DNA from: a virus
IMG/VR virus record: IMGVR_UViG_3300027881_002280
Length of the DNA stretch: 33,415 nt
Direction: 5' to 3' (one strand)
Shown here piece by piece: positions 27,384 through 33,055 of this stretch (the first letter of the stretch is position 1; every line of letters begins with the position of its first letter). The translations under genes were made by a program, and so were the position numbers. The notes below the pieces were generated by a model. The model saw only the letters and a list, made by a program, of their open reading frames with translations, made no database searches and was not told where the DNA came from.

Positions 27384-27702
27384 GGAGGTGGCTGGTGGAC
27401 CAGTCACTGACCCACAAACGTATGCGTTTGCAGGTAGGTGGTTTCACTATGCATTCAAGAACTGTGTCCTAGCAGCCCAGAAGCAGGCTGACTACGGGTC
27501 GAAGAACATCACGATGACTGGTCTATACGGTGTGGGTGTAAGGATGCTTGACAAGGTGTCGAGGCTACTGAACCTAACCAAGTATAAGGTTGACAACGCC
27601 AAGGTAGACGAGAGCATTGAGGATACGATGGGTGACCTTTCTAACTACGGCATCATTGGACAGATGGTTCATGATGATGTCTGGGGAGAATGGGACAGAT
27701 AG
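27319..27702 (+). CDS. Nucleotide modification-associated domain (DUF1599-like) protein
   Basis: KQADYGSKNITMTGLYGVGVRMLDKVSRLLNL matches the remembered K.DYG..N...GV..R..DK..RL pattern. Confidence 0.65.
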   Translation: MVLEREEAMVELHNLWSQMVAEEVAGGPVTDPQTYAFAGRWFHYAFKNCVLAAQKQADYGSKNITMTGLYGVGVRMLDKVSRLLNLTKYKVDNAKVDESIEDTMGDLSNYGIIGQMVHDDVWGEWDR

Positions 27703-28142
27703 TTATATATACGACATACCACATGGGTGTCGATACTCCCGCAAGGGTGATTGAAATGGAAACAGAAGTATTGGAAGGAGAAGCACTGGGTGGTTATGTA
27801 GATAAGCTCGGTGCAAGCATGGTGGGACTGAGCCTAGAGGGTAGGTTCTACCGGAATGTGCAGAACAAGCAGAACGTGGCAATTATCGTCGCAAGAATGG
27901 GTGAGTTCGTTGGCATTGGCTTCTCAGCTAAGGCCGCTGTGGACCCCGACCTTGGTGACGATGCAACTGTCCTGTTGGCCGTAGGTCGTGCCTTCAGTAA
28001 CCTGGGCGAGCAGATTACTGACCACATGTTCAAGAATATTGAGCAAACCCTGGCACACCAGCGGGCAGTAGAGCAGATGAGAGAGGCTGTATCACAGATG
28101 CAGTCGGAGGGTGTCACTGTCTGCGAGGTCTGTGAAGATTAA
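27690..28142 (+). CDS. Hypothetical protein, 150 aa
   Basis: Open frame ending directly upstream of tRNA-Trp. Confidence 0.65.
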   Translation: MGQIVIYTTYHMGVDTPARVIEMETEVLEGEALGGYVDKLGASMVGLSLEGRFYRNVQNKQNVAIIVARMGEFVGIGFSAKAAVDPDLGDDATVLLAVGRAFSNLGEQITDHMFKNIEQTLAHQRAVEQMREAVSQMQSEGVTVCEVCED

Positions 28143-28145
28143 CGC

Positions 28146-28219
28146 GGGGTAGTAGCTCAATTTGGCAGAGCGCAGGGCTCCAGACCTTGTGGTTGTCGGT
28201 TCAATTCCGGTTTACCCCA
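28146..28219 (+). tRNA. tRNA-Trp(CCA)
   Basis: Acceptor GGGGTAG/TTACCCC, anticodon loop CTCCAGA, T-arm TCGG-TTCAATT-CCGG. Confidence 0.85.
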
Positions 28220-28222
28220 TCA

Positions 28223-28296
28223 TTGTGCCGTAGGTTAATGGGATACCACTGGGCTCATAACCCAGGATGAGGTGGTTCGATTCCGCCCGGCGCAAC
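28223..28296 (+). tRNA. tRNA-Met(CAT)
   Basis: Acceptor TTGTGCC/GGCGCAA, stem CTGGG-CTCATAA-CCCAG. Confidence 0.85.
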
Positions 28297-28309
28297 CACT
28301 GTCATAAAT

Positions 28310-28385
28310 GAGGGAGCCAAAGGTTCGAGTCCTTTCCCTGGCCAGTGTGCCGGGGTGGTGTAACGGGAAACATACCCTCTCAAAT
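28310..28385 (+). tRNA. Apparent circularly permuted tRNA gene: 3' half 28310-28343, 5' half 28349-28385; isotype undetermined
   Basis: 3' half GAGGG AGCC AAAGG-TTCGAGT-CCTTT CCCTGGC precedes 5' half GCCGGGG TG GTGT-AACGGGAA-ACAT A CCCTC; all four stems pair when the order is swapped. Confidence 0.4.
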
Positions 28386-28454
28386 GCCCAGGTAGTATAA
28401 CGCTAGTACGGCGGGGAGACCCGCAAGTGGCGGTTGAACTCCTGCCCCTGGGCC
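28386..28454 (+). ncRNA. tRNA-like element without a 7-nt anticodon loop (GCGGG-GAGA-CCCGC hairpin)
   Basis: Perfect acceptor GCCCAGG/CCTGGGC, D-arm GTAT-AACGCTA-GTAC, T-like stem GGCGG-TTGAACTC-CTGCC. Confidence 0.45.
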
Positions 28455-28467
28455 ACCTATCCATCAT

Positions 28468-28540
28468 GGGAGCGTAGCATAATTGGAAATGCACCTGCTT
28501 TGCAAGCAGGCGACTATGGGTTCGAGTCCCATCGCCTCCA
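28468..28540 (+). tRNA. tRNA-Ala(TGC)
   Basis: CCTGC-TTTGCAA-GCAGG; G3:U70 identity pair present; ATGGG/CCCAT T-stem. Confidence 0.9.
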
Positions 28541-28572
28541 TACACAGGGGGCCTAGCCCCCTCCCCCCACAT

Positions 28573-28647
28573 GCCATCCAGGTCCACTTTGGTAAGGATA
28601 CCCGTCCTGTAAACGGGAGGTTGTCGGTTCGAATCCGGCGGATGGCT
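28573..28647 (+). tRNA. tRNA-Thr(TGT)
   Basis: GCCATCC/GGATGGC; CCCGT-CCTGTAA-ACGGG. Confidence 0.95.
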
Positions 28648-28725
28648 CTTGCCGCCCTGGCCGACTAGAAAGGCACCATGCTGTTAACATGGACCATGGA
28701 GGTGCAATTCCTCCGGGCGACGCTC

Positions 28726-28932
28726 ATGTATGATAATCATATAAGTCCGAACAAGTGTAGAGACTGCGGGAGGCTTAACTGTGAAGGCGGTGCCGCGTGT
28801 ACTGTGGCTTGTGAAAGCAGGCCAGAGTTCGACCTGGACCGTGATGACCACGCCTTCCCGTATGGAATGAGTCATGAGGTGGACGAGTATGACGAGACCA
28901 ACCGTAGGAAAGGTCCCAAGAGTGGACGTTAA
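28726..28932 (+). CDS. Cys-rich small protein MYDNHISPNKCRDCGRLNCEGGAAC...
   Basis: Open frame in track; ATG 28726; CRDCG. Confidence 0.5.
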   Translation: MYDNHISPNKCRDCGRLNCEGGAACTVACESRPEFDLDRDDHAFPYGMSHEVDEYDETNRRKGPKSGR

Positions 28933-29020
28933 GAAGTGTCCTAGATGTGGGCAGGAGGTAACCGTGCTCATAAAGGACATCGTAAGAGAGAAGGGTTACC
29001 GACACAACAGAGTACCGTAG
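28922..29020 (+). CDS. 32-aa zinc-knuckle peptide (V/M)DVKKCPRCGQEVTVLIKDIVREKGYRHNRVP, stop inside tRNA-Gln
   Basis: GTG start; CPRCG; TAG coincides with positions 8-10 of tRNA-Gln. Confidence 0.4.
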   Translation: MDVKKCPRCGQEVTVLIKDIVREKGYRHNRVP

Positions 29021-29084
29021 GGTAGCGGTCAATCCCCCCTGGCCCTGGACCAGGTTATCGGAGGTTCGAATCCTCCCGGTACTA
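29011..29084 (+). tRNA. tRNA-Gln(CTG) (atypical C33)
   Basis: AGTACCG/CGGTACT; CCTGG-CCCTGGA-CCAGG; GGAGG-TTCGAAT-CCTCC. Confidence 0.75.
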
Positions 29085-29088
29085 TACT

Positions 29089-29159
29089 GTCCTCGTGGTG
29101 TAGTGGCAACATCGCAGACTGTCTATCTGTGGCTTCGGGTTCGATTCCCGGCGAGGACG
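29089..29159 (+). tRNA. tRNA-Asp(GTC)
   Basis: GTCCTCG/CGAGGAC; loop CTGTCTA. Confidence 0.9.
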
Positions 29160-29165
29160 CTTCAC

Positions 29166-29238
29166 GACCAGGTGCCAGAATTGGATATGGCCTCCGCCGC
29201 AGACGGAGTGAATGTGGGTTCGAGTCCTTCCTTGGTCA
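29166..29238 (+). tRNA. tRNA-Cys(GCA) (atypical C33)
   Basis: GACCAGG/CTTGGTC; CTCCG-CCGCAGA-CGGAG. Confidence 0.8.
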
Positions 29239-29240
29239 TC

Positions 29241-29313
29241 GGATGTGTGGCCCAGTGGTTAAGGCGCTGCTCTGATAAGGCAGAGACCGGGGGTTCGATT
29301 CCCTTCACATCCA
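29241..29313 (+). tRNA. tRNA-Ile(GAT)
   Basis: GGATGTG/CACATCC; loop CTGATAA. Confidence 0.95.
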
Positions 29314-29316
29314 TCA

Positions 29317-29389
29317 GGCCGTGAAGTCAACTGGTGTGGACAAGACCCTTACAAGGTCTCACAGGCAGGTTCGATTCCTGTTACGGTCA
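29317..29389 (+). tRNA. tRNA-Val(TAC)
   Basis: AGACC-CTTACAA-GGTCT; GGCCGTG/TACGGTC. Confidence 0.9.
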
Positions 29390-29391
29390 TC

Positions 29392-29465
29392 GGGCCTGTA
29401 GCATAACTAGGACGTGCACTCGACTCTTAATCGAGGAAGTGCCGGTTCGAATCCGGTCAGGCTCA
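29392..29465 (+). tRNA. tRNA-Lys(CTT)
   Basis: GGGCCTG/CAGGCTC; CTCGA-CTCTTAA-TCGAG. Confidence 0.95.
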
Positions 29466-29468
29466 CTC

Positions 29469-29540
29469 GGTCCTATGCCGGTAATGGAAACCTGTTGGGC
29501 TCTCGACCCGACGCTGTGGGTTCGATTCCCACTAGGACCA
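29469..29540 (+). tRNA. tRNA-Glu(CTC)
   Basis: GGTCCTA/TAGGACC; TTGGG-CTCTCGA-CCCGA. Confidence 0.85.
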
Positions 29541-29553
29541 TCGAGGAATGTAG

Positions 29554-29724
29554 ATGGGACGTGGATACCAACCAATTCCAGAGTGTATCGTCTGTGGTGA
29601 AAGGTTGTATGCAGCCCACAGCCCGAAGACCAAGTACTGTAGGCCGTGCTTGAGAGAGCGTACCGAGAAGTTGAAGAAGGTCTACAATGATAGGAAAAAG
29701 GAGAGGTTGAAGAATGCCGTATAA
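29554..29724 (+). CDS. 56-aa zinc-ribbon protein MGRGYQPIPECIVCGERLYAAHSPKTKYCRPCLRERT...
   Basis: CxxC...CxxC; overlaps start of the next CDS. Confidence 0.55.
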   Translation: MGRGYQPIPECIVCGERLYAAHSPKTKYCRPCLRERTEKLKKVYNDRKKERLKNAV

Positions 29725-30055
29725 GTGGAAGGATAGGCAGAAAGAGTATGTAAAGGAGTGGTTTGCGGCCCACCCAGGTTACCATGCGAAGAAGAAGCGT
29801 GGGTATAAGAAGAGGAACAAAGAACACCTCATCCACTACGCCAATCACCATGGGTGTGATGAATGTGGAGAAGACACCGATTACCTTTACTTCACAAATG
29901 GTGAGATAGCCAACAGCCACATAAGAGCGAGGGGGCGCATGGCTGTTTCGATAGAAACACTTAATAAGGAGTTAGACAATAGACATCTCCTTTGCGAGCC
30001 GTGTTTGAAGAGCGTAAAGGGCCTGTATCCTAGTGGAAGGGAGCTGGGCTTTTAA
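29714..30055 (+). CDS. HNH-like zinc protein (CDECG...NSHIRARGRM...LLCEPC), 3' end overlaps tRNA-Lys(TTT)
   Basis: Paired CxxC around a His-containing core. Confidence 0.6.
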   Translation: MPYKWKDRQKEYVKEWFAAHPGYHAKKKRGYKKRNKEHLIHYANHHGCDECGEDTDYLYFTNGEIANSHIRARGRMAVSIETLNKELDNRHLLCEPCLKSVKGLYPSGRELGF

Positions 30056-30090
30056 CCCAGATGACGTGGGTTCGAATCCTACCAGGCTCA
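30019..30090 (+). tRNA. tRNA-Lys(TTT)
   Basis: GGGCCTG/CAGGCTC; CTGGG-CTTTTAA-CCCAG. Confidence 0.95.
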
Positions 30091-30102
30091 TCAGGTGATA
30101 AC

Positions 30103-30267
30103 ATGAGAAGAGATATGGCAAACACATGCGGTGTAGAGTGGGACCTCTGTGACGGGGGTACTACCTGTAGATACGACAACGGGTACCAGAAGATATGTAT
30201 GGAATGCAACTGTGCAATCTGTATACATGGGAAGTGTGACCCAACTGTCGTGCAGATGAGAACATAA
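30103..30267 (+). CDS. Cys-rich small protein MRRDMANTCGVEWDLCDGG...CMECNCAICIHGKC
   Basis: ATG 30103, at least eight Cys in 54 aa. Confidence 0.5.
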   Translation: MRRDMANTCGVEWDLCDGGTTCRYDNGYQKICMECNCAICIHGKCDPTVVQMRT

Positions 30268-30268
30268 C

Positions 30269-30341
30269 GGGCACGTAGCATAGGGGTAAATGCACTCGTC
30301 TTATAAGCGAGAGACCGAGAAGTCGAGACTCTCCGTGCCTA
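30269..30341 (+). tRNA. tRNA-Ile(TAT)
   Basis: GGGCACG/CGTGCCT; CTCGT-CTTATAA-GCGAG; T-loop GTCGAGA atypical. Confidence 0.8.
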
Positions 30342-30345
30342 TCAA

Positions 30346-30417
30346 GGGACTGTGGTGTAGTGGTTAGCACCCCTGGTTTGGAACCAGGAGACTTCGGTTC
30401 GATTCCGGGCAGACCCA
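30346..30417 (+). tRNA. tRNA-Pro(TGG)
   Basis: CCTGG-TTTGGAA-CCAGG; acceptor GGGACTG/CAGACCC with one mismatch. Confidence 0.9.
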
Positions 30418-30419
30418 TC

Positions 30420-30743
30420 ATGAAGTGGACAGAGATGCCGAGAGCAGACGGACGGATGGAGTTCCAGTGTGAGCACGGTGTAGGTCATGGTAATGGTGTA
30501 CACGGATGCTGCCATGAGGGCTGTTGCGGAAGAGATGACTTCCCCCTCAAGAACATCAAGCTAGAGGTGTACTGGGTAGAGGACGCTATCAGAGGCACCA
30601 TCTATATGAAGGACGCCGTTGGAAACGTCATCGTCAACTGCACAAAGTGTGGTGAAGCCTGGATTCGACCGGAAGTTGTAAATATATGGAGAGACACTTA
30701 CTGTCCTTCCTGTTGGGAGAAGAGAAACGCGGCCATACGCTAA
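30420..30743 (+). CDS. Cys-rich protein MKWTEMPRADGRMEFQCEHGVGHG..., 3' end overlaps tRNA-Gly
   Basis: CTKCG...CPSC knuckle pair. Confidence 0.6.
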   Translation: MKWTEMPRADGRMEFQCEHGVGHGNGVHGCCHEGCCGRDDFPLKNIKLEVYWVEDAIRGTIYMKDAVGNVIVNCTKCGEAWIRPEVVNIWRDTYCPSCWEKRNAAIR

Positions 30744-30799
30744 TGGTAAACCCCCGGCCTTCCGAGCCGGTTTTGTGGGTTCGACTCCCACTGGCCGCA
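30729..30799 (+). tRNA. tRNA-Gly(TCC)
   Basis: GCGGCCA/TGGCCGC; CCGGC-CTTCCGA-GCCGG; degenerate D-stem. Confidence 0.85.
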
Positions 30800-30801
30800 T
30801 C

Positions 30802-30960
30802 ATGTCATGCAAAGAATGTGAGAAGGAACAAAACGACCCTGATGGTGCTTGCTTCTTCTTCCGTGTTGGTAATGGTAATGTAATGGTCATTGCCTGTAAA
30901 GACCACGCGGCAGAATTACAGCAACTCATGAGGGACGGACATAGGAATAGATATAAGTAA
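30802..30960 (+). CDS. Small hypothetical protein MSCKECEKEQNDPDGACFFFRVGNG...
   Basis: ATG 3 nt after tRNA-Gly; CxxC. Confidence 0.55.
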   Translation: MSCKECEKEQNDPDGACFFFRVGNGNVMVIACKDHAAELQQLMRDGHRNRYK

Positions 30961-30962
30961 CT

Positions 30963-31035
30963 GGGTCTATAGCCGAATGGACAAGGCATCTGGCTACGAA
31001 CCAGAAGACTGGGGGTTCGAGTCCCTCTAGGCCCT
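30963..31035 (+). tRNA. tRNA-Arg(ACG)
   Basis: GGGTCTA/TAGGCCC; TCTGG-CTACGAA-CCAGA. Confidence 0.9.
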
Positions 31036-31039
31036 TCAT

Positions 31040-31124
31040 GGCAGCGTGACGGAGTGGTCAAACGTGTCCCGCTTGAGACGGGAAGTTCCTCTGGAACACG
31101 CAGGTTCGAATCCTGCCGCTGTCG
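31040..31124 (+). tRNA. tRNA-Ser(TGA)
   Basis: Long variable arm GTTCC-TCT-GGAAC; TCCCG-CTTGAGA-CGGGA. Confidence 0.95.
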
Positions 31125-31127
31125 CCT

Positions 31128-31199
31128 GGCCTCATAGTATAGCGGACAGAACACCTGGCTTCTAACCAGGAGATGCGGGTTCGATTCCTGCTGGGGTCA
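31128..31199 (+). tRNA. tRNA-Arg(TCT)
   Basis: CCTGG-CTTCTAA-CCAGG; GGCCTCA/TGGGGTC. Confidence 0.9.
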
Positions 31200-31201
31200 T
31201 A

Positions 31202-31272
31202 CCGGCTATGATGTAATGGTAGCATAAGTGGCTGTAGACCTCTTCGTGGTGGTTCGAATCCGCCTAGCCGGA
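31202..31272 (+). tRNA. tRNA-Tyr(GTA)
   Basis: CCGGCTA/TAGCCGG; loop CTGTAGA. Confidence 0.9.
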
Positions 31273-31278
31273 CCAACT

Positions 31279-31363
31279 GCTCAGTTGGCAGAGTGGTTTA
31301 ATGCGACGGGGTGCTAACCCGTTGGTCCCTAGGACCGCGCAGGTTCGAATCCTGCACTGAGCG
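31279..31363 (+). tRNA. tRNA-Ser(GCT)
   Basis: GCTCAGT/ACTGAGC; ACGGG-GTGCTAA-CCCGT; long variable arm. Confidence 0.95.
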
Positions 31364-31380
31364 CTTAGAGAGGTATGTAG

Positions 31381-31536
31381 ATGTTTCCTGGAGCACACAA
31401 TAAGGAACCAACCCATATGTATGGGAAGAGGAGGCAGGCGTGGTGTAGTAGCTGCCAGTCGATGACTGAGCAGGTATTCAGTTCCGTGACCTGGAAGTGG
31501 AAGTGCCGACAGTGTGGTACGGAGGGTCTCCTGTGA
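31381..31536 (+). CDS. 51-aa Cys-rich protein MFPGAHNKEPTHMYGKRRQAWCSSC...CRQCGTEGLL
   Basis: CSSC/CRQC knuckles. Confidence 0.55.
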   Translation: MFPGAHNKEPTHMYGKRRQAWCSSCQSMTEQVFSSVTWKWKCRQCGTEGLL

Positions 31537-31766
31537 TTGAGTGGCTATGGGCTGTTCTATCTATCACGGGAGCCATCCTCAACGCCCGCAAGAACAAGTG
31601 GGGGTTCATGGTGTGGATGGTGTCCAACGTCGGTTGGATTTATACTAACGTTTACTATGGGCTATGGGCACAGATACCTGTGTGGATAGCCTTTTCAGTC
31701 ACGTCCATCTACGGATGGATACTCTGGTCGAGGGAAGAGAATGACCATCCAATACTCAAGAGTTAG
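31533..31766 (+). CDS. Small multi-pass membrane protein, PnuC-like character
   Basis: (V/M)IEWLWAVLSITGAILNARKNKWGFMVWMVSNVGWIYTNVYYGLWAQIPVWIAFSVTSIYGWILW: two to three hydrophobic segments with N...WGF..W. Confidence 0.6.
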   Translation: MIEWLWAVLSITGAILNARKNKWGFMVWMVSNVGWIYTNVYYGLWAQIPVWIAFSVTSIYGWILWSREENDHPILKS

Positions 31767-31967
31767 GGTGCCCTGTCTTGACCTCATGTGTGTCTGTAGC
31801 AACGGAGTGAACGGATGCACCAATGAGACAGTGATACAGGACCACCTGAAGGGCAAGGACACCTGCATTGGCAGGCGTGACCCCAACGACATGAGCTGGC
31901 AGCGCAAGTACCTACCACGGTACGGCATGTCACCTGACGAGAAATGCACAGTACAGGAGGAGACGGT

Positions 31968-32399
31968 ATGATATACCAGTACTATCTAGCCCATCCATTC
32001 GTATCAAGACACGAGGTGAGGGATATAGAGGGCGACCTTGAGAGGAGTGTGGGGGGGATGACGCTATTCAACCCCTTCTACGATGAGCCCAGAGATGAGA
32101 TAGCCAAGTTTGACAGTGGTGAGTGGGGAGCAGGCCATCGGTTCAAGCTGGACCCGGCAGTCATCGTTCCAAGAGACTTGATGCGTATCCGTGAGTCCGA
32201 GGGGCTCGTGGCTATCGTGAAGGACGTGTCGATGTGTGGCACGTTCATGGAGATAGCCTACGCCAAGCAGATGGGGAAGTTCATCATTATCTGTGACCTC
32301 AGGGCCACACCAGAGAACCACGTCTGGCTGTCCTACCATGCTGACAAGTTGGTGAGGACGGTTGACGAACTGGAGGAGTACCTGCATGCCATACATTGA
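31968..32399 (+). CDS. Nucleoside 2-deoxyribosyltransferase-like protein
   Basis: YYLAHPFVSRHEVRDIE...VKDVSMCGTFMEIAYAKQMGKFIIICD. Confidence 0.65.
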   Translation: MIYQYYLAHPFVSRHEVRDIEGDLERSVGGMTLFNPFYDEPRDEIAKFDSGEWGAGHRFKLDPAVIVPRDLMRIRESEGLVAIVKDVSMCGTFMEIAYAKQMGKFIIICDLRATPENHVWLSYHADKLVRTVDELEEYLHAIH

Positions 32400-32757
32400 G
32401 AGAGGAGCAAGGAATGACCTGGAGTGGATGTTCCACCCGGAGTTCACCCTTGAGACGTTGGGTAGAGAGAACACCAGACCCGCCAGCGTGGGGGAACTGA
32501 ACTACTGCATCTCCCGTCTCATCGACAACTTTATATACGATACATCCCCTGATGGTGAGTCATACAACTACGCCAAACTCAACGAGGTCCTTGGGGTTCT
32601 CAGCGCAGTCACGCTGGAACTGAACGGACGCTTCATCCGTGGGTACGAGATACAGAAACGTATCCAGCACGGTGAGGTGTTCTGTCACATGGATACGATG
32701 GCGATGTTGATGGAAGACAAGATACGTTTCAAGAGACTTATGAAAAAGGAGCCTTAG
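32386..32757 (+). CDS. Hypothetical protein MPYIERGARNDLEWMF..., stop codon inside tRNA-Phe
   Basis: Open frame; TAG equals tRNA positions 8-10. Confidence 0.6.
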   Translation: MPYIERGARNDLEWMFHPEFTLETLGRENTRPASVGELNYCISRLIDNFIYDTSPDGESYNYAKLNEVLGVLSAVTLELNGRFIRGYEIQKRIQHGEVFCHMDTMAMLMEDKIRFKRLMKKEP

Positions 32758-32820
32758 CATAATGGGAGTGCGCCGGTGTGAAGTACCGTGTATGTGGGAG
32801 TTCGACTCTCTCAGGTTCCA
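32748..32820 (+). tRNA. tRNA-Phe(GAA)
   Basis: GGAGCCT/AGGTTCC; GCA-TAATGGGAG-TGC; CCGGT-GTGAAGT-ACCGT; GGGAG-TTCGACT-CTCTC. Confidence 0.8.
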
Positions 32821-32830
32821 TTAACAGCAC

Positions 32831-32960
32831 GATGGCGTGGCCGAGTGGTTAAAGGCGCTGGGCTTAGATGTGGGCGACTGCTCTAAGGGCGAAGCTCAAA
32901 AGCACTCACTGAGAAACCCAGTCTCGTAGGGGTACGCAGGTTCGAACCCTGCCGCCATCA
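32831..32960 (+). tRNA. tRNA-Leu(TAG) with 47-nt BHB intron (about 32869-32915)
   Basis: GATGGCG/CGCCATC; exon stem CTGGG/CCCAG; helix CTTA/TGAG flanked by 3-nt bulges GAT and AAA; splicing gives loop CTTAGAA. Confidence 0.9.
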
Positions 32961-32966
32961 TCTCAT

Positions 32967-33040
32967 GGGTCCCGTAGTGTAAGGGATGAGCACGGTAGAC
33001 TGTGACTCTGCCAGAGAGGGTTCGAGTCCCTCCGGGCCCC
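32967..33040 (+). tRNA. tRNA-His(GTG) with encoded G-1:C73
   Basis: GTAGA-CTGTGAC-TCTGC; GAGGG-TTCGAGT-CCCTC; extra 5' G pairs with C73. Confidence 0.85.
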
Positions 33041-33055
33041 CCTTTAGGTGATAGA

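Noticed and set aside
28386-28454. Interpretation as an intron-containing ordinary tRNA
   Set aside because: The 69-nt length leaves only 4 nt between GCGGG and CCCGC, so there is no room for an anticodon loop, and no BHB could be drawn.
28255-28587. Minus-strand ORF and similar ones across the tRNA array (30161, 30561, 31058, 32896)
   Set aside because: Translations contain recurrent GLEPL/GIEPPHP and PGGTRTLS strings produced by reading T-arms of tRNA genes.
29387-29920. 177-aa minus-strand ORF
   Set aside because: It covers tRNA-Lys, tRNA-Glu and two plus-strand genes; the SGPSGNRTHSVGSRAQ type peptide is a typical antisense-of-tRNA artefact.
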